A stretch of DNA of 64,000 nucleotides, from the NCBI GenBank assembly GCA_030704615.1, contig CM060734.1, forward strand, positions 9,486,001 to 9,550,000, written 5' to 3'. Origin of the DNA: Takakia lepidozioides (lineage: Eukaryota > Plantae > Bryophyta). The position numbers and the translations under genes are program-made. Below the pieces are notes generated by a model. The model was not told the DNA's origin, searched no databases, and worked only from the letters and a program-made list of their open reading frames with translations. Shown piece after piece: positions 50,861 to 63,600 of the stretch. The number at the start of each line of letters is the position of its first letter. Within the stretch, counting starts at the first letter, position 1.

Positions 50861-51500
50861 TAGGGCAAAGCCCAATTTTTCATCCGTGCAGGATGAATAA
50901 TCGAAACCCCTTATCTCGAAACCCGACGGATGTCATCCGTTAGCTAGGTTTAAACAGTGGGTTATAGGGTAGGGGTTAGGGTTTCACTCCTTAATTAGCC
51001 ATAATTAAGGGTAATTAAACAAATCTCCAGGGCCATCATAAGCTGCATTTTTCATCCGGTTCAGATGAAAAAGTTAATAAGTTCATCTAATCGGAGAAGG
51101 TCCATCATTAGGATGAAAAAATAGTACATATCATCCAAGGCAGCGGTTTCTCATCCTAACAGGTAATTCATCATCCCCTAAGAAAAGCCTCATCCAGTAC
51201 GGAAAAAAAAGGCCATAAAGGAGGAATAAAACGAATTAATATCCTGGTATTTTTCATCCGGTATGGATGGAAAAATCATAGATAGGATGCCGGTGTCAAC
51301 CCCTACAGAGGTAATTTCTCATTCTCTGGTGACTCATCTGGTATAGATGAAAGTCAATAAAAAGAGGAATGAAAAAATCGTAGACCCATTTTAGAGGTAT
51401 TTTAGTGTCCACCCTGACATAATCCATCCGGTATAGATGGAAAAACAGGAAATTAACACTGATAAAACCGGCCAATTCCAAGGAGGGAGGGAGAGAGAGG
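50861..51500 (+). mobile_element. Probable hAT-like left end (TAGGGC...) with many TCATCC/GGATGA subterminal motifs; related motifs at 38599-38810
   Basis: TAGGG start and dense short motifs in both orientations; no partner TIR found. Confidence 0.4.
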
Positions 51501-51872
51501 GATCCCACCAACCAGCCCCTGGTATGGCAGTCCCTTATGGAGTGAGTGTGTTATGCACTCACCCCGTAAGGGAGTGCATACCAGACCCTTCATAAGGTTT
51601 CTCCCTCTTCAAAGTAGATTCCAACCCCTGGATAGTTTTGCCATAGGGGCTGGAAATGCCTACTTCCTCGCCTTTCCATGTTTAAGGATCAATAAATGGG
51701 TGTCATGGATCAGCAAACAGGGATAAGAGAACGCTGTACAAACCCATTCCAGACAAGTGTAACGCAGGATGGTAGCAACCTGTTGCCCATCTATACACCG
51801 TCCTGGTTTTAAGGCCAGTTTTTCCAAAGGTATGATAAGCACTAGCATATTACATATGCATATTTGCTTAGT

Positions 51873-52598
51873 TGTCGCGCACCTCACTTCGGTAAGCTCC
51901 CCTTCAAGTCATAGTTACTCGCTTTGATGCGCGCGCCTGACTCCTAACCTGGCCGCCCGGGCCAACTTGGAGCTTCGGCTGCTCACCGGGACATAACGGT
52001 CCCCCTTCGCTTCCCTCTAAACCCTCCACCTATTTGGGACTAGGAGAATTCCCTTTGGTAGATGGCAGTCCGGAACAGCTCCCTTCTCTTTGGTCGCTTT
52101 CCGGCTCGTTCGCTTACTCACTAGTTTTTGGTCACCAACGGGCTTGCACCGTTCTCGGGGTTACTACTCCCTATATATACTTCTGTAGCTGTCCGCGGGG
52201 GTTTCATAACCAGCCATGCCATTTTATGGCGAACCACCACGAAAACCCTCGACTCCCGGTGATGAGTCGCGGTGAGTCTTGGCCCACTCATCACGGCCCC
52301 CATGGACCGTGATGAGTCCCAAGACTCCCCACGACTCCCACCATGAGGTCTCCGCCCCCATGGTGAGTCCTATGCCACCCCCACTAAGTCCCGCTAAGCT
52401 ACCACCACCCCTTGTGGAGCCACCCCCACCGCAACCCGGTATGCGGGGCTCCACCTAGTGAGCGCCTCCGCCTCCTTGAGTGCCTTGGGCACTCAAGGGT
52501 GCTTCAGCCCCCCATACCTATCGCTGCCGATGCCCCCACTACAGGGGCAGCCCCTCATGTGTCCTGACCCCCTGCCCTCAAGGCAAAGGGCCGCGACA
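51873..52598 (-). repeat. 3' LTR (726 bp)
   Basis: TGTCGCG...CGCGACA; matches 58088-58834. Confidence 0.97.
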
Positions 52599-53503
52599 CA
52601 CACCCCTACCAACAGGGAGTCGATGTCCTCATCGACTTGTCCATTTTGTAGAAACGAACATCCAAGTTGTGGCGTCCCACATCAAGGAGTTTGTTTCCGC
52701 ACCATGGCGTCCCATGGCAAAGAACCAAACCCCACACTTGACTCTACTCTCCACTAGCTAGTTCGGCCGACTTCCTCCAAGTCCCGGCCAAGGGTGGAGC
52801 CTCTCCAGCTCCTCCCAGTGCACTATTCTTGGCCTACTTCAAGGCCAAGGAACGATCCTCCCCGAGGATCGAATCGCCTTACTGCAACAACAATGCTTGC
52901 GATCGCTCATGATGCCGCTTTTGGCATCAACTTGAGCAAGGGTTCCCTGGAACCCTCTTTGACTAGGAAGATAACCTTGAACCAACCGTGCGCCCCAATC
53001 ACTACAATTGGGTCCGCCTTGGAATGCTGGCCTGAGGTACGGGAACACGCCAAAGCCGCACTACGACTTCGTCCCGAGGCTACACGATTATAGTACGTGA
53101 ACGGAAGCACGTAGCTTCCGCGTTAGCCCGCACTACAAGGCAACCCTCTCGGTAGCGCAGTTATAGTACGCGCACGCACCAGGTGCGCACTAGCACGTGA
53201 ACTCCCAAAGAAGGCGCAAGTTTCCTTGCCTCTCGGATGGGGGTCATCCGATTTCGGCACTACGCAAACACACGATTAACCCAATTTTAGTCTCCCACTT
53301 TTATAAGCTAGCATGCATTCTACACACTAGCCAACCATACCATGCATCACCATTCCAAACAAAATAGGACGCACAACATTTGGAACCCATTTCCTTTATA
53401 ACAAATTTTTGTACAATACAAGTTTTTGTAATCGGATTCCTAAGCTAGCTAAGCCGGGCTAAGCATGCATTTCCTCCCCCACGCTCCAAGGTTGATGTCC
53501 CCA

Positions 53504-56500
53504 TCAACGCTTCTTCCGCTTTTGAGGTCGCCCTTCGAAAGCTGCAACCGCCTCGGATGCGTTTCCCATTTCTGAGGCACGCACCCAAGATGCCTCCACA
53601 TGATGATAGCCCTTCCATTTGACGAGATACTCCGTTTCTCGGTTCCTGAACCTCCTCGACTTAAGTATTGCCTCCACCTCGTACTCAGGTTCATTTTCAT
53701 GATCCAACAGCCTAGGTGGCGGACGCAACACTTGATGCCGATTCGGACGTGCTTCATCTTTGAAGTAAGGCTTCAAAAGGGAGACATGGAATACTGGGTG
53801 CACCTTGCTGTTTGCCGGCAGCTCCAATTCATACACATCCTCATTCATAACCTTCCGAATGCGAAAGGATCCCGCATACGGAGGTACGAACTTCGGACTC
53901 ACTTCCGGAGGTAGTCGAAAATTCTTGATGTTCAACCAGACCTCTGTGCCTGCCTCAAATTTCACTTCCCTCCGCTTCCGATTCGCCTGCCTTTCATACC
54001 ATTTCCTGGCTTTGGCAATGTTGTACTTTGCGAGCTTCAACAAACGCTCGCGTTCTTCCAGTACCGCCGCTACTGCCGATTCCTCAACGTCCTGGGCGGC
54101 CCAACTTGTCGGCACCAGAGGTGCTTTTCTATAGACCAATACGATGGGGGAAACTCCCGTTGCGGAGTGTTCTGTGTTATTATAACAGAACTCTGCCACG
54201 TCTAAGTGTTCCACCCAGTCTGTTTGGTCTGCCGACACGTAATTCCGCAAGATCTGCTTCACTACGGAATTCACCCTTTCTGTTTGGCCGTCGGTCGTAG
54301 GTCGGAAGGCGGTGCTCACCTTCAGCCTCGTCCCCATCTTCTTCCAAAGTGTCCTCCAAAATTTACTCGTAAACTTTGGATCGCGATCCGAGACAATATC
54401 CGTCGGGACTCCATGATGCTTTAAGACGTGGGCGAAGTAAAGTCGCCCTGTCTCCTGCGCCGTTGCCGTCTCCTTGGTGGGGATGAAATGGCCCATTTTA
54501 CTGTACCACCACCATGATTGCATCGAATCCTTTTGACAGCGGCATAGCAATCATGAAATCCATCGAGACGCTTTCCCAAGTCCCCTCTGGAATCGGCAAG
54601 GGTTGTAACAGCCCCGCTTGCTTTTTGTACTCGCTCCGGTTTTGTTGGCATGTGGTGCATGTTTTGACATACTCCTCTGCCTCCTCCCTCAGTTTGGGCC
54701 AGAAATACTCTTTCTTCAAGAGTGCCGCAGTGCGCTTGGCTCCGCCGTGGCCCGCAAGCGGGCTATCATGGCATTCTCTCAAGAGGCTATCTCTGATCCC
54801 TCCCTTCGGCACGTAGAGACATTTTTGCTTATACCGGAGCAGTCCATTTTGCAAGTGGAACTGCGATTTAACCCCCATCCTCAAGTCCTGCATCACGGAC
54901 TTCGCCGGCTCATCCTTCCGGCTAGCCTTTCGGATCTTCCTTTGGAGCGCCGTCTCGCCCTTGTACACCAACAAGAGCTGCTGCTTTCTACTTAAAGCAT
55001 CGGCCACCACGTTGTCTCGTCCCGGTTTGTACTGGATATCCACGTCGAACACCGCCAAAGTATCTTGCCACCTAAGTTGTTTTGGGGACAACTTGGGCTG
55101 CGTGGCAAAATACTTCACCGTGACATTGTCCGTGAACACCTTCACTGGGTTGGAACCAACATAGTGGCGCCAAAGCTCAAGGCAGTGCACCACCGCCTTC
55201 ATCTCTTTTTCGTGCGTACGCCACCGTCGCTCCACTTCATTCAGTTTCTTACTTTCGTAAGCCACTGGACGTCCATCTTGCATAAGTACACCCCCAATCG
55301 CGAAGTCCGACGCATCTGTATGAATCTCAAATGGACGATCGAACTCCGGGATTTTCAAGACTGGAGCTTCCGCCATCCGCTGCTTCAATTCAGCAAAAGC
55401 TTGGCCACAAAATGTGTTCCATACCCAGACTTTGGATTTACACAGAAGGTCCGACAGCGGCCCCGCGATCTTGGCGAAATTTCTTACATACTTCCGGTAA
55501 TAGGAGGCGAGTCCTAGGAAGGATCGCACTCCCGGGACCGAAGTCGGAGGCTCCCAGTCGAAGATCGCCCTCACCTTTCTGTCATCCATTTTGATCCCAT
55601 CCTGTGTAATCACATGCCCCAACTCCACTCCACTTTCGTGACCCCGAATTCGCACTTTGAAGCTTTGGCGTACAGCTTCCCTTCCCGCAACTTTTGGAAC
55701 ACCCTTTTGAGGTGCTCCAGGTGCTCCTCCTTTGTTTTCGAGTACACCAAGATGTCGTCGATGTACACGATCACAAAGTCATCCAACCACTCCTGAAAAA
55801 GGCTGTTCATCAGCGTGCTAAAGGTCGCTGGTGCATTGGTGAGCCCAAAAGGCATCACCAAGAACTCATATGAACCATACCTTGTCCTGCACGCGGTCTT
55901 CTCCTCATCTCCTTCCGCCACCCGAATTTGATGATAGCCGGAGCGCAAGTCGATCCGGCTGAAATACTTCGCTCCTGCCAACCGATCGAAGAGGTCGTCG
56001 ATCCTTGGCAAATGGTACCGGTTTTTGATAGTCACCTTATTCAGAGCCCTGTAATCGACACACATCCGCAGCGTCCCATCCTTCTTGTCTGCAAATAGCA
56101 CCGGGGCTCCGTAAGGTGACTTACTCGGCCGGATGTACCCCTTTGACATTAGATCCTTGAGCTGAGTCTTCAGCTCGACCAACTCTCTGTGGCTCAACCG
56201 GTAGGGCGCCTTGGCAGGCGGTTCCGATCCCGGTATCACCTCAATCTTGTGGTCAACTCCTCTTCGCGGTGGCAAGCCGCTTGGTAAATCCTCCGGCATC
56301 ACATCCTGGTATTTCTCCAAAATCCCCTTGATCCAATCTGGGCTCGGCTCCCCATCGCCTTCTCCCTTCACTTCTCTAATGTAAAGCAAAAACTAGGGTT
56401 CGTGTGCCTCCTCTACGGCCCACTCCCTTGCTGATAGAAGGTTTATTCGCCCTCCCACGGATTTGGGCGTTTCCGACACTCGTAAGACCTCGCCACCATT

Positions 56501-58032
56501 CCCACATGGCAGCGTGACTACTCTCTTGCGGCCATCTATGACTGCTCCGGATTTACTCAGAAAGGTCATCCCCAAAATGAGATCCACTCCATCGATCTCG
56601 CAGATGGTGAAGTTCTCACGTCCCTCCCAACTCCCCAGTTGAAGAGGAACATCAAACGCCAACCTTGTCGCCAACTGTGGTTCTCCTTTGGCAAAACGCA
56701 CCTCAATAGAGGCCCCCACGTCACTTGTCGGGAGTCCCAGCTTTTGTGCCGCCGCCGGTGTCATGAAGGAGTGCGACGCTCCTGTGTCCACCAACAACGA
56801 CACATTAGTTCCGGATATTATCCCATCCACGAACAATAACTGACTCCCTTTACGCAGGGCGCCAGTTTCCTGATACAACTCACAAGAATAGTTGCCTACC
56901 TTGCAAGTCCTGGCGACCACCGCTTCCACCAAGCGACTGATGGTATCTTCCGACAGCTCCGTGGTCGCCCGAGTCATGTTCAATTGCCGGGGCTTCGTGC
57001 ACTTCTTGGCCATGTGCCCGGGCTCCCCGCAATTGAAACACACTCCATCAAAGGTCGCCTTCTGTCCGCCATAAGCCGCTCCACCCGCTTTTCCTTTCGA
57101 AGCACCGGGTGCCACTTTGACGTGTGAAGGCCCTCCCTTCGATTTCCACGTGCCATTATCGCCGCGTGGCCTATCCCACTTCTTTTCCGGTCGGAAGGAG
57201 TCACCTTCCCGCCGGGTCTTCTTGTGGTTCAGCTCCGTACGGCCATGTCTCTCACCCCTAGGGATATCCGAGAACATTCAGCCCTCTCAATTGCCTCGTT
57301 CAAAGTCTTGGGTGGCTTCTCCTCCAACTTCCGCCTGGCCCATGGGGCCAGTCCCGCCACAAAGGTGAAGACCATTTCTGGTTCTGCCATGTCCGCGACT
57401 TCGAGCAACAGCACATTGAAAGCCTGGACATACCCCCGAATGTCATCTGTTTGCTTCAAATTCCTCATCTTGTCACGGGCAAGCCAGGACGCGTTGAGGG
57501 GCACAAACTGTCTCTTCATCAATTCCTTGAACCCACTCCAGTTCAAGGTTTCTGGGCTTGGGCCTCGGTCGTGAAGACGTTTCTGCCACCATTGTTGAGC
57601 ATAGCCCCTCAAATAGGTGGGAGCCACTTCCACCCGGAAGTACTGCTCTAGCTCTAGGAGCCAGGTGTTGAGTGCCTTCCGATTTCGAACGCCCTCGAAG
57701 GTGCCGGGTTCCTTAGGCTTCACCATAAATTTTGCCTTAGTAGAAGTGGCATTAGCCGCCTTCAACACGTCTTTCAACGTCCCGCCAAACTGCGCCAACA
57801 ACCCTTCCCAAAAGGCTGCCGGCATGGGAGGCATCTCTTGGTTTGTCGGAGCTCTCAAGGATTCCTCTGGCTCCGACTCCTCGGATTCCTCCCGCTCTTG
57901 AGCGGCCTCGTTTTCGGAAACATTCATCGCTTCCTCAAACGGCCGCCTCGGTGACACGTCGCCCCCATCGGGCTCACCAGGATCATCATCTTTTGGGCCG
58001 TTCCGCTTTCGCTTTGGCTTGCCCGACCCCAT
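53504..58032 (-). pseudogene. gag-pol polyprotein of the chromovirus, disrupted
   Basis: Gag, CFNCGEPGHMAKKC, protease [27 protein letters not shown], RNase H TDAS, integrase H..H..C..C/SDRD/GQTER and chromodomain. Frameshifts at ~57280, ~55620 and ~54520; stop at 56393. Confidence 0.95.
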
Positions 58033-58073
58033 GATGAGGCCAATCCCAAGGACGATCGCGTACTGAACTCTAA

Positions 58074-58085
58074 GCTCTGATACCA
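58074..58085 (-). promoter_or_regulatory. Primer-binding site (initiator tRNA-Met)
   Basis: The minus strand reads TGGTATCAGAGC 2 bp inside the 5' LTR. Confidence 0.95.
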
Positions 58086-58087
58086 AG

Positions 58088-58834
58088 TGTCGCGCACCTC
58101 ACTTCGGTAAGCTCCCCTTCAAGTCATAGTTACTTGTTTTGATGCGCGCGCCTGACTCCCAACCTGGCCGCCCGGGCCAACTTGGAGCTTCGGCTGCTCA
58201 CCGGGACATAACGGTCCCCCTTCGCTTCCCTCTAAACCCTCCATCTATTTGGGACTAGGAGAATTCCCTTTGGTAGATGGCAGTCCGGAACAGCTCCCCT
58301 CTCTTTGGTCGCTTTCCGGCTCGTTCGCTTACTCACTAGTTTTTGGTCACCAACGGGCTTGCACCGTTCTCGGGGTTACTACTCCCTATATATACTTCTG
58401 TAGCTGTCCGCGGGGGTTTCATAACCAGCCATGCCATTTTATGGCGAACCACCACGAAAACCCTCGACTCCCGGTGATGAGTCGCGGTGAGTCTTGGCCC
58501 ACTCATCACGACCCCCATGGACCGTGATGAGTCCCAAGACTCCCCACGACTCCCACCACGAGGTCTCCGCCCCCATGGTGAGTCCTATGCCACCCCCACT
58601 AAGTCCCGCTAAGTTACCACCACCCCTTGTGGAGCCACCCCCACCCCTTGTGGAGCCACCCCCACCGCAACCCGGTATGCGGGGCTCCACCTAGTGAGCG
58701 CCCCCGCCTCCTTGAGTGCCTTGGGCACTCAAGGGTGCTTCAGCCCCCCACACCTATCGCTGCCGATGCCCCCACTACAGGGGCAGCCCCTCATGTGTCC
58801 CGACCCCCTGCCCTCAAGGCAAAGGGCCGCGACA
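58088..58834 (-). repeat. 5' LTR (747 bp, with a 21-bp internal tandem duplication)
   Basis: Matches the 3' LTR; has an extra CCACCCCTTGTGGAGCCACCC unit at ~58620-58660. Confidence 0.97.
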
Positions 58835-59280
58835 TTAGTGGTGCTACATAGAGCAAAGCCACTTGTAGAGAGGTATGAAAGCATATGAGCCTAAGAGTGT
58901 CTAAAACTGATACAAGGCATCAGCTACAGGATACCATCTAACACGAGTAGCGTGCATTGACCGGATCATGTAGAAGGTATACACACACTCCTGCAGGTGG
59001 TTTTACCTGGGCCTAGCTCAATATATCAATATGAAGACAACATCCAAAAGCATTATGCTTACCTTAAAGACCTCCGTGCTTAAGATCACCAACAAGTTTT
59101 TGCTGGAGGACATACCTTATGAAGGTCACTGCTCCGTATCTTTGTCATGGAGGGACCTTCTGCCAGGCAAAAAAAAAACCATGTTAGTATATCAACATGA
59201 TGAAGAAATAACCAGAAAGAAAAGTGGTAGATGGTGTGTACGAGAACCACCAAGTAGAAGATACTCATGTCATGTCAAGA

Positions 59281-59400
59281 GGGGTTTACTATTTCATGAG
59301 CAGAAACCATGAGCCATGAGCCATGAGCCGCATTAGCCGCATGAGCGGTGAGCCGAAGTCTAAGACACGCGGATTTCATGAGCGGACTCCTCCAAATTTG
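59281..59400 (+). mobile_element. Second orphan terminus GGGGTTTACTATTTCATGAGC with (CATGAGC)n repeats
   Basis: Similar to 48372-48480; truncates the duplicated segment exactly at 59280. Confidence 0.5.
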
Positions 59401-59414
59401 GAAATGCGGCAGAT

Positions 59415-60678
59415 CTCATTGACTTGTCCATTTTGTAGAAACTAACATCCAAGTTGTGGCGTCCCACATCAAGGAGTTTGTTTCCATACCATGGCGTCAC
59501 ATGGTAAAGAACCAAACCCCCACTTGACTCTACTCTCCACTAGCTAGTTCGGCCGACTTCCTCCAAGTCCCGGCCAAGGGTGGAGCCTCTCAAGCTCCAC
59601 CCATTGCACTATTCTTGGCCTACTTCAAGGCCAAGGAACGATCCTCCCCGAGGATCGAATCGCCTTACTGCAATAACATTGCTTGCGACCGTTCATGATG
59701 CAGCTTTTGGCATCACCTTGAGCAAGGGTTCATCTTGAACCCTTTTTTACTAGGAAGATAACCTTGAACCAACCGCGCGCCCCAATCACTACAATTGGGT
59801 CCGCCTTGGAATGCTAGCCTGAGGTACGGGAACACGCCGAAGCCGCACTTCGACTTCGTCCCGAGGTTACACGATTATAGTACGTGAACGGAAGCACGTA
59901 GCTTCCGCGTTAATCCACACTATTAGACAACCCCCTGGGTAGCGCAGTTATAGTACGCGCACGTGCCAGGTGCGCACTAGCACGTGAACTCCCAAAGAAG
60001 GAGCAAGTTTCCTTGCCCCTTGGATGGGAGTCACTCGATTTCGGCACTGCGCAAACGCACGATTAATCCAATTTACCTCTCCCACTTTTGTAAGCTAGCA
60101 TGCATTCTACACACTAGCCAACCATACCATGCATCACTATTTCAAACAAAATAGGAAGCACAACATTTGGAAACCATTTCATTTATAAACAAAATTTGTG
60201 CAACACAAGTTTTTGCAATCGGATTCCTGAGCTAGCTAAGCCGGACTAAGCATGCATTTCCTCCCCCACGATCCAAGGTTGATGTCCCCATCAATGCTTC
60301 TTCCGCTTTTGAGGTCGTCCTTCGAAAGCTGCAACCGCCTCGGATGCGTTTCCCATTTCTGAGGCACGCACCCAAGTTGCCTCCACTTGAAGATAGCCCT
60401 TCCATTTCACGAGATACTCCGTTTCTCGATTCTTGAACCTCCTCGACTTAAGCACTGCCTCCACCTCGTACTCAGGTTCATTTTCATGATCCAACAGCAC
60501 AGGTGGCGGACGCAACACTTGATGTCGATTCGGACGCGTTTCATCTTTGAAGTAAGGCTTCAAAAGGGAGACGTGGAATACCGGATGCACTTTGCTGTTT
60601 GTCGGCAGCTCCAATTCATACACATCCTCATTCATAACCTTCCAGATGCGAAAGGGCCCCGCATACGGACGTACGAAC
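59415..60678 (-). mobile_element. Truncated chromovirus sibling (chromodomain and 3' UTR), cut by the hAT terminus
   Basis: Homologous to ~52628-53891; ORF 60291-60635. Confidence 0.95.
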
Positions 60679-63600
60679 TAGTGTTGGGCGGTTCTTGCCT
60701 TTGTGAAGGAACCTTCGGTTTCGGCTCCACAAATTTTTGAAGAGACGGTTCCGGATCCGGATCCGGTTATTTTTTATTAAGGCAGTTCCGGTCCGGTTTA
60801 GGTTCTGACTTTTTAACATGGGGGCGGTGCCGGTTACCGGTTAGTTACTGGAAAAAAAACACCAGTTCCCGGTTAGGTTCCGGTTCTTTTTAAAAAATAT
60901 ATTAAATTCTTTTAATTTTTTTATTCTTCTGGAAAATTAGATGAACTGATCTGATTGGTCATACTGAATATTCAGAATTTTCAACTAAAACCAGGGAATT
61001 TATTAGTAAAACAGAAGTAAGTGATTGTCTATTATGGTATATATAACAAGTTAAATACGCATGGTCTCCATTAAAAACAGAAAACCAGAGATTTTATAAG
61101 TTTTCGTACGGTGTAGCAAAGAACAACTAAAACAAACTAACTACATAAGGATCTTAATTCAAAACACAAAACAAATTAAACATGTGTAATTCTATGGTTA
61201 CCTTTTATGGTGCAGCAAAAGCACAACTAAAAAAAACTAAATAAATTTGTGTTTTTTGGATGATGTTTTGTCGATATAGCATACAACAAACTAAGTACAC
61301 GGGATGTCACTGAAATTTTCAATAAAAATGACAAATAAACAAACTCCAATCAAAGGAGTATAGTGTAATATGTTGAACAATAATTTGTCTCTAAGACAAA
61401 TCATTCTACCTCAAAGAGGTTTGCCTCTGCAATCAAGTCCTCATTCTCATCTAAGATGACTTCTTCCCTATCCAAAAACTCTTTCATGGAAGTACTAAAG
61501 CAACCAACTCTAGCATCATTTGGCCAATTCTTGACTACACTCACAAGCATATCAAGGTTTTCAATATTTAACCTGCACCGTCTCAAGCTTGTTATGACAC
61601 CTGCAATACTAAAAACCCTCTCAGCTTCAATCTGAGATCCAACTATGCCCAAGATTAGCCGTACCAAAAATCCCACATACGGAAAGAGAGACTCGTGTTC
61701 TTTCCACCATTTCAAAGGAGCCACGCACTCACCCTCAATTATCTTCGTCCTTCTGAAATGTGATAGTTGTTCTCTCACTATTGTCATGTCTTCATTGTGG
61801 TCATGCACACCAAATAAGGACATCTCGTCCATTGTGGAAGTGGGCTGTGATTGGGCCGGAGTATCCGGATGTAAGACCTTGAAACACTTTACCAAAAGAT
61901 GCTCTAACACCATGCTATCATATTGGGACACAATATGCAAAACACGCTCTTTGCCCACATATTGTGATACCAATGACAACCCCTTGTAATGTGGGTCAAG
62001 CATAAGCGCGAGCATATTGTGAGCTTTGCGCGATTGAAACCCTTCCAAAAAAGAAAGAAATGGTTCCAAGACATATACCACCTCTCGAGCCATCCGCCAT
62101 TCCAACAATATCAACTCTGTTGAGAAATCTCCCATGCAATGATCCACAGTTGCAGCCCTGGGAGCACGACTTCCTCGCATGCGAATTGTTGTGGCAATGG
62201 CTGCATTAAGAGCATCGGACAATAGCCAAAATCCCCCAGATTGATTCATAATGCACTCATGAACCACAGGCCCTAGAACTGTAGAAATTGATTGGGCAAT
62301 GGCCCACACTTGTGGACTTGGTATGCGAGACTGCAGTGCCAATGAGGTTTGCCTAGAGTAACAAGTGATTATGGCTTGCCTAAACTCCAAAGTCTCTTGG
62401 AAGAGAATCACCTTGGAAGCAAACCGTGTCTTCACCGGAGTCTTCAATTTGTGGGGATGAATGCCGCTGTCCACACATGCCTTTGTCCATTCTTGTCTCC
62501 CTTTGCCACTTTTTTTTGTCCAAGTAATGGTTTTTTGCAACTCTGATTGGGCATTTTTTATAGAAACCGATCTCACATCTGCACATACTTTTGCATCATT
62601 TGTTGCATACTGGCAACACTTGGACATTGCATGCCCAAAACAGCTACCCACAAATGGAGAATCCAACCCCAAACACGCACATGAGACCACCGAATTCAAA
62701 GCATTGGTCAAAGTGGCCAAGTCACCTCCCTCATCTTTGACGTAAGCAATAATGCGAGTATTGAGGCCATACTTCACAAGAAGATTGTTGACTTGATGTG
62801 CCATGGCAGCCCCAGATGTGTCAGGTGTCTCAAACATGCCAAGAGTCACATGACATTGCTCCCACTGTTCATTAATAAAGTGCGCTATGATGACAAAAGT
62901 ATCAGTTCCCCCTCTTGACATCCACAAATCAAAACTCACAGAGCAAGTAGCACAACTCTGAAGAGATGGGGACATGTAGCGCTCTTTTGTCTTCTCTGCC
63001 AAGATTGGAATGGCCTCATTCACAAATGTCCGTCGAGAAGGGAAAACAATCCGAGGATTTTGCCTCAACACCATCCTTCTTAGCCAAGGGGATTCTACCA
63101 AAGACAGTGGAACCAACTCCTTTGCAATGAACAAGACTAAATCCTCATTGAATTGCTTCTGTTGATCATCATTTTGGTTGTATAGAGTGGAGCTCCCAAA
63201 AAAAGAAGCTATGTTTCCAGGAGTGGGGCCGGGCCTCTTTTTTGCTGGCCTACAGGCCTTCTCAGGTCCTTCATTTTCCCTCTCAATCCACCTACGCAAA
63301 ACAATGTCATGTTCTTGATCCACATGCTTTCGAAGGGCAGAGATACCATTGGTTTTATTATAGGTCACAATGCCCTTCTTGCTTGCAGGAGTGACACCAA
63401 CATGATGACATAGAACACACCTCATTTGTTGTGGATTTGTTATGTCCACTGGAGCATAGTCTTTTGTTGCATAGAATGCCCATGTCGAAGCAGTGCGATT
63501 GTGGGGCTTCCAAAAATCCCGTTGTTTTTCAAGTACTGGGAGTTGCGCCTCCACATCCAACACCGTGTGTGATGGCAAAACTGTGGAAGATGACATTGTA

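Larger units (their letters stand above)
51873..58834 (-). mobile_element. Full-length Ty3/gypsy chromovirus LTR retrotransposon (6962 bp)
   Basis: Two TG...CA LTRs, TSD TTAGT (51868-51872 and 58835-58839), PBS TGGTATCAGAGC, a purine-rich tract next to the 3' LTR, and domain order gag-PR-RT-RH-INT-chromo. Confidence 0.98.

Noticed and set aside
48487-50985. TTTAGGG-like motifs at ~48487 and ~50965 as interstitial telomere
   Set aside because: Only 1-2 imperfect units each.
56393-57280. Programmed frameshift or readthrough in the chromovirus gag-pol
   Set aside because: The shift falls inside gag, the stop falls between PR and RT, and further lesions break RT and integrase, so simple mutation is more likely.
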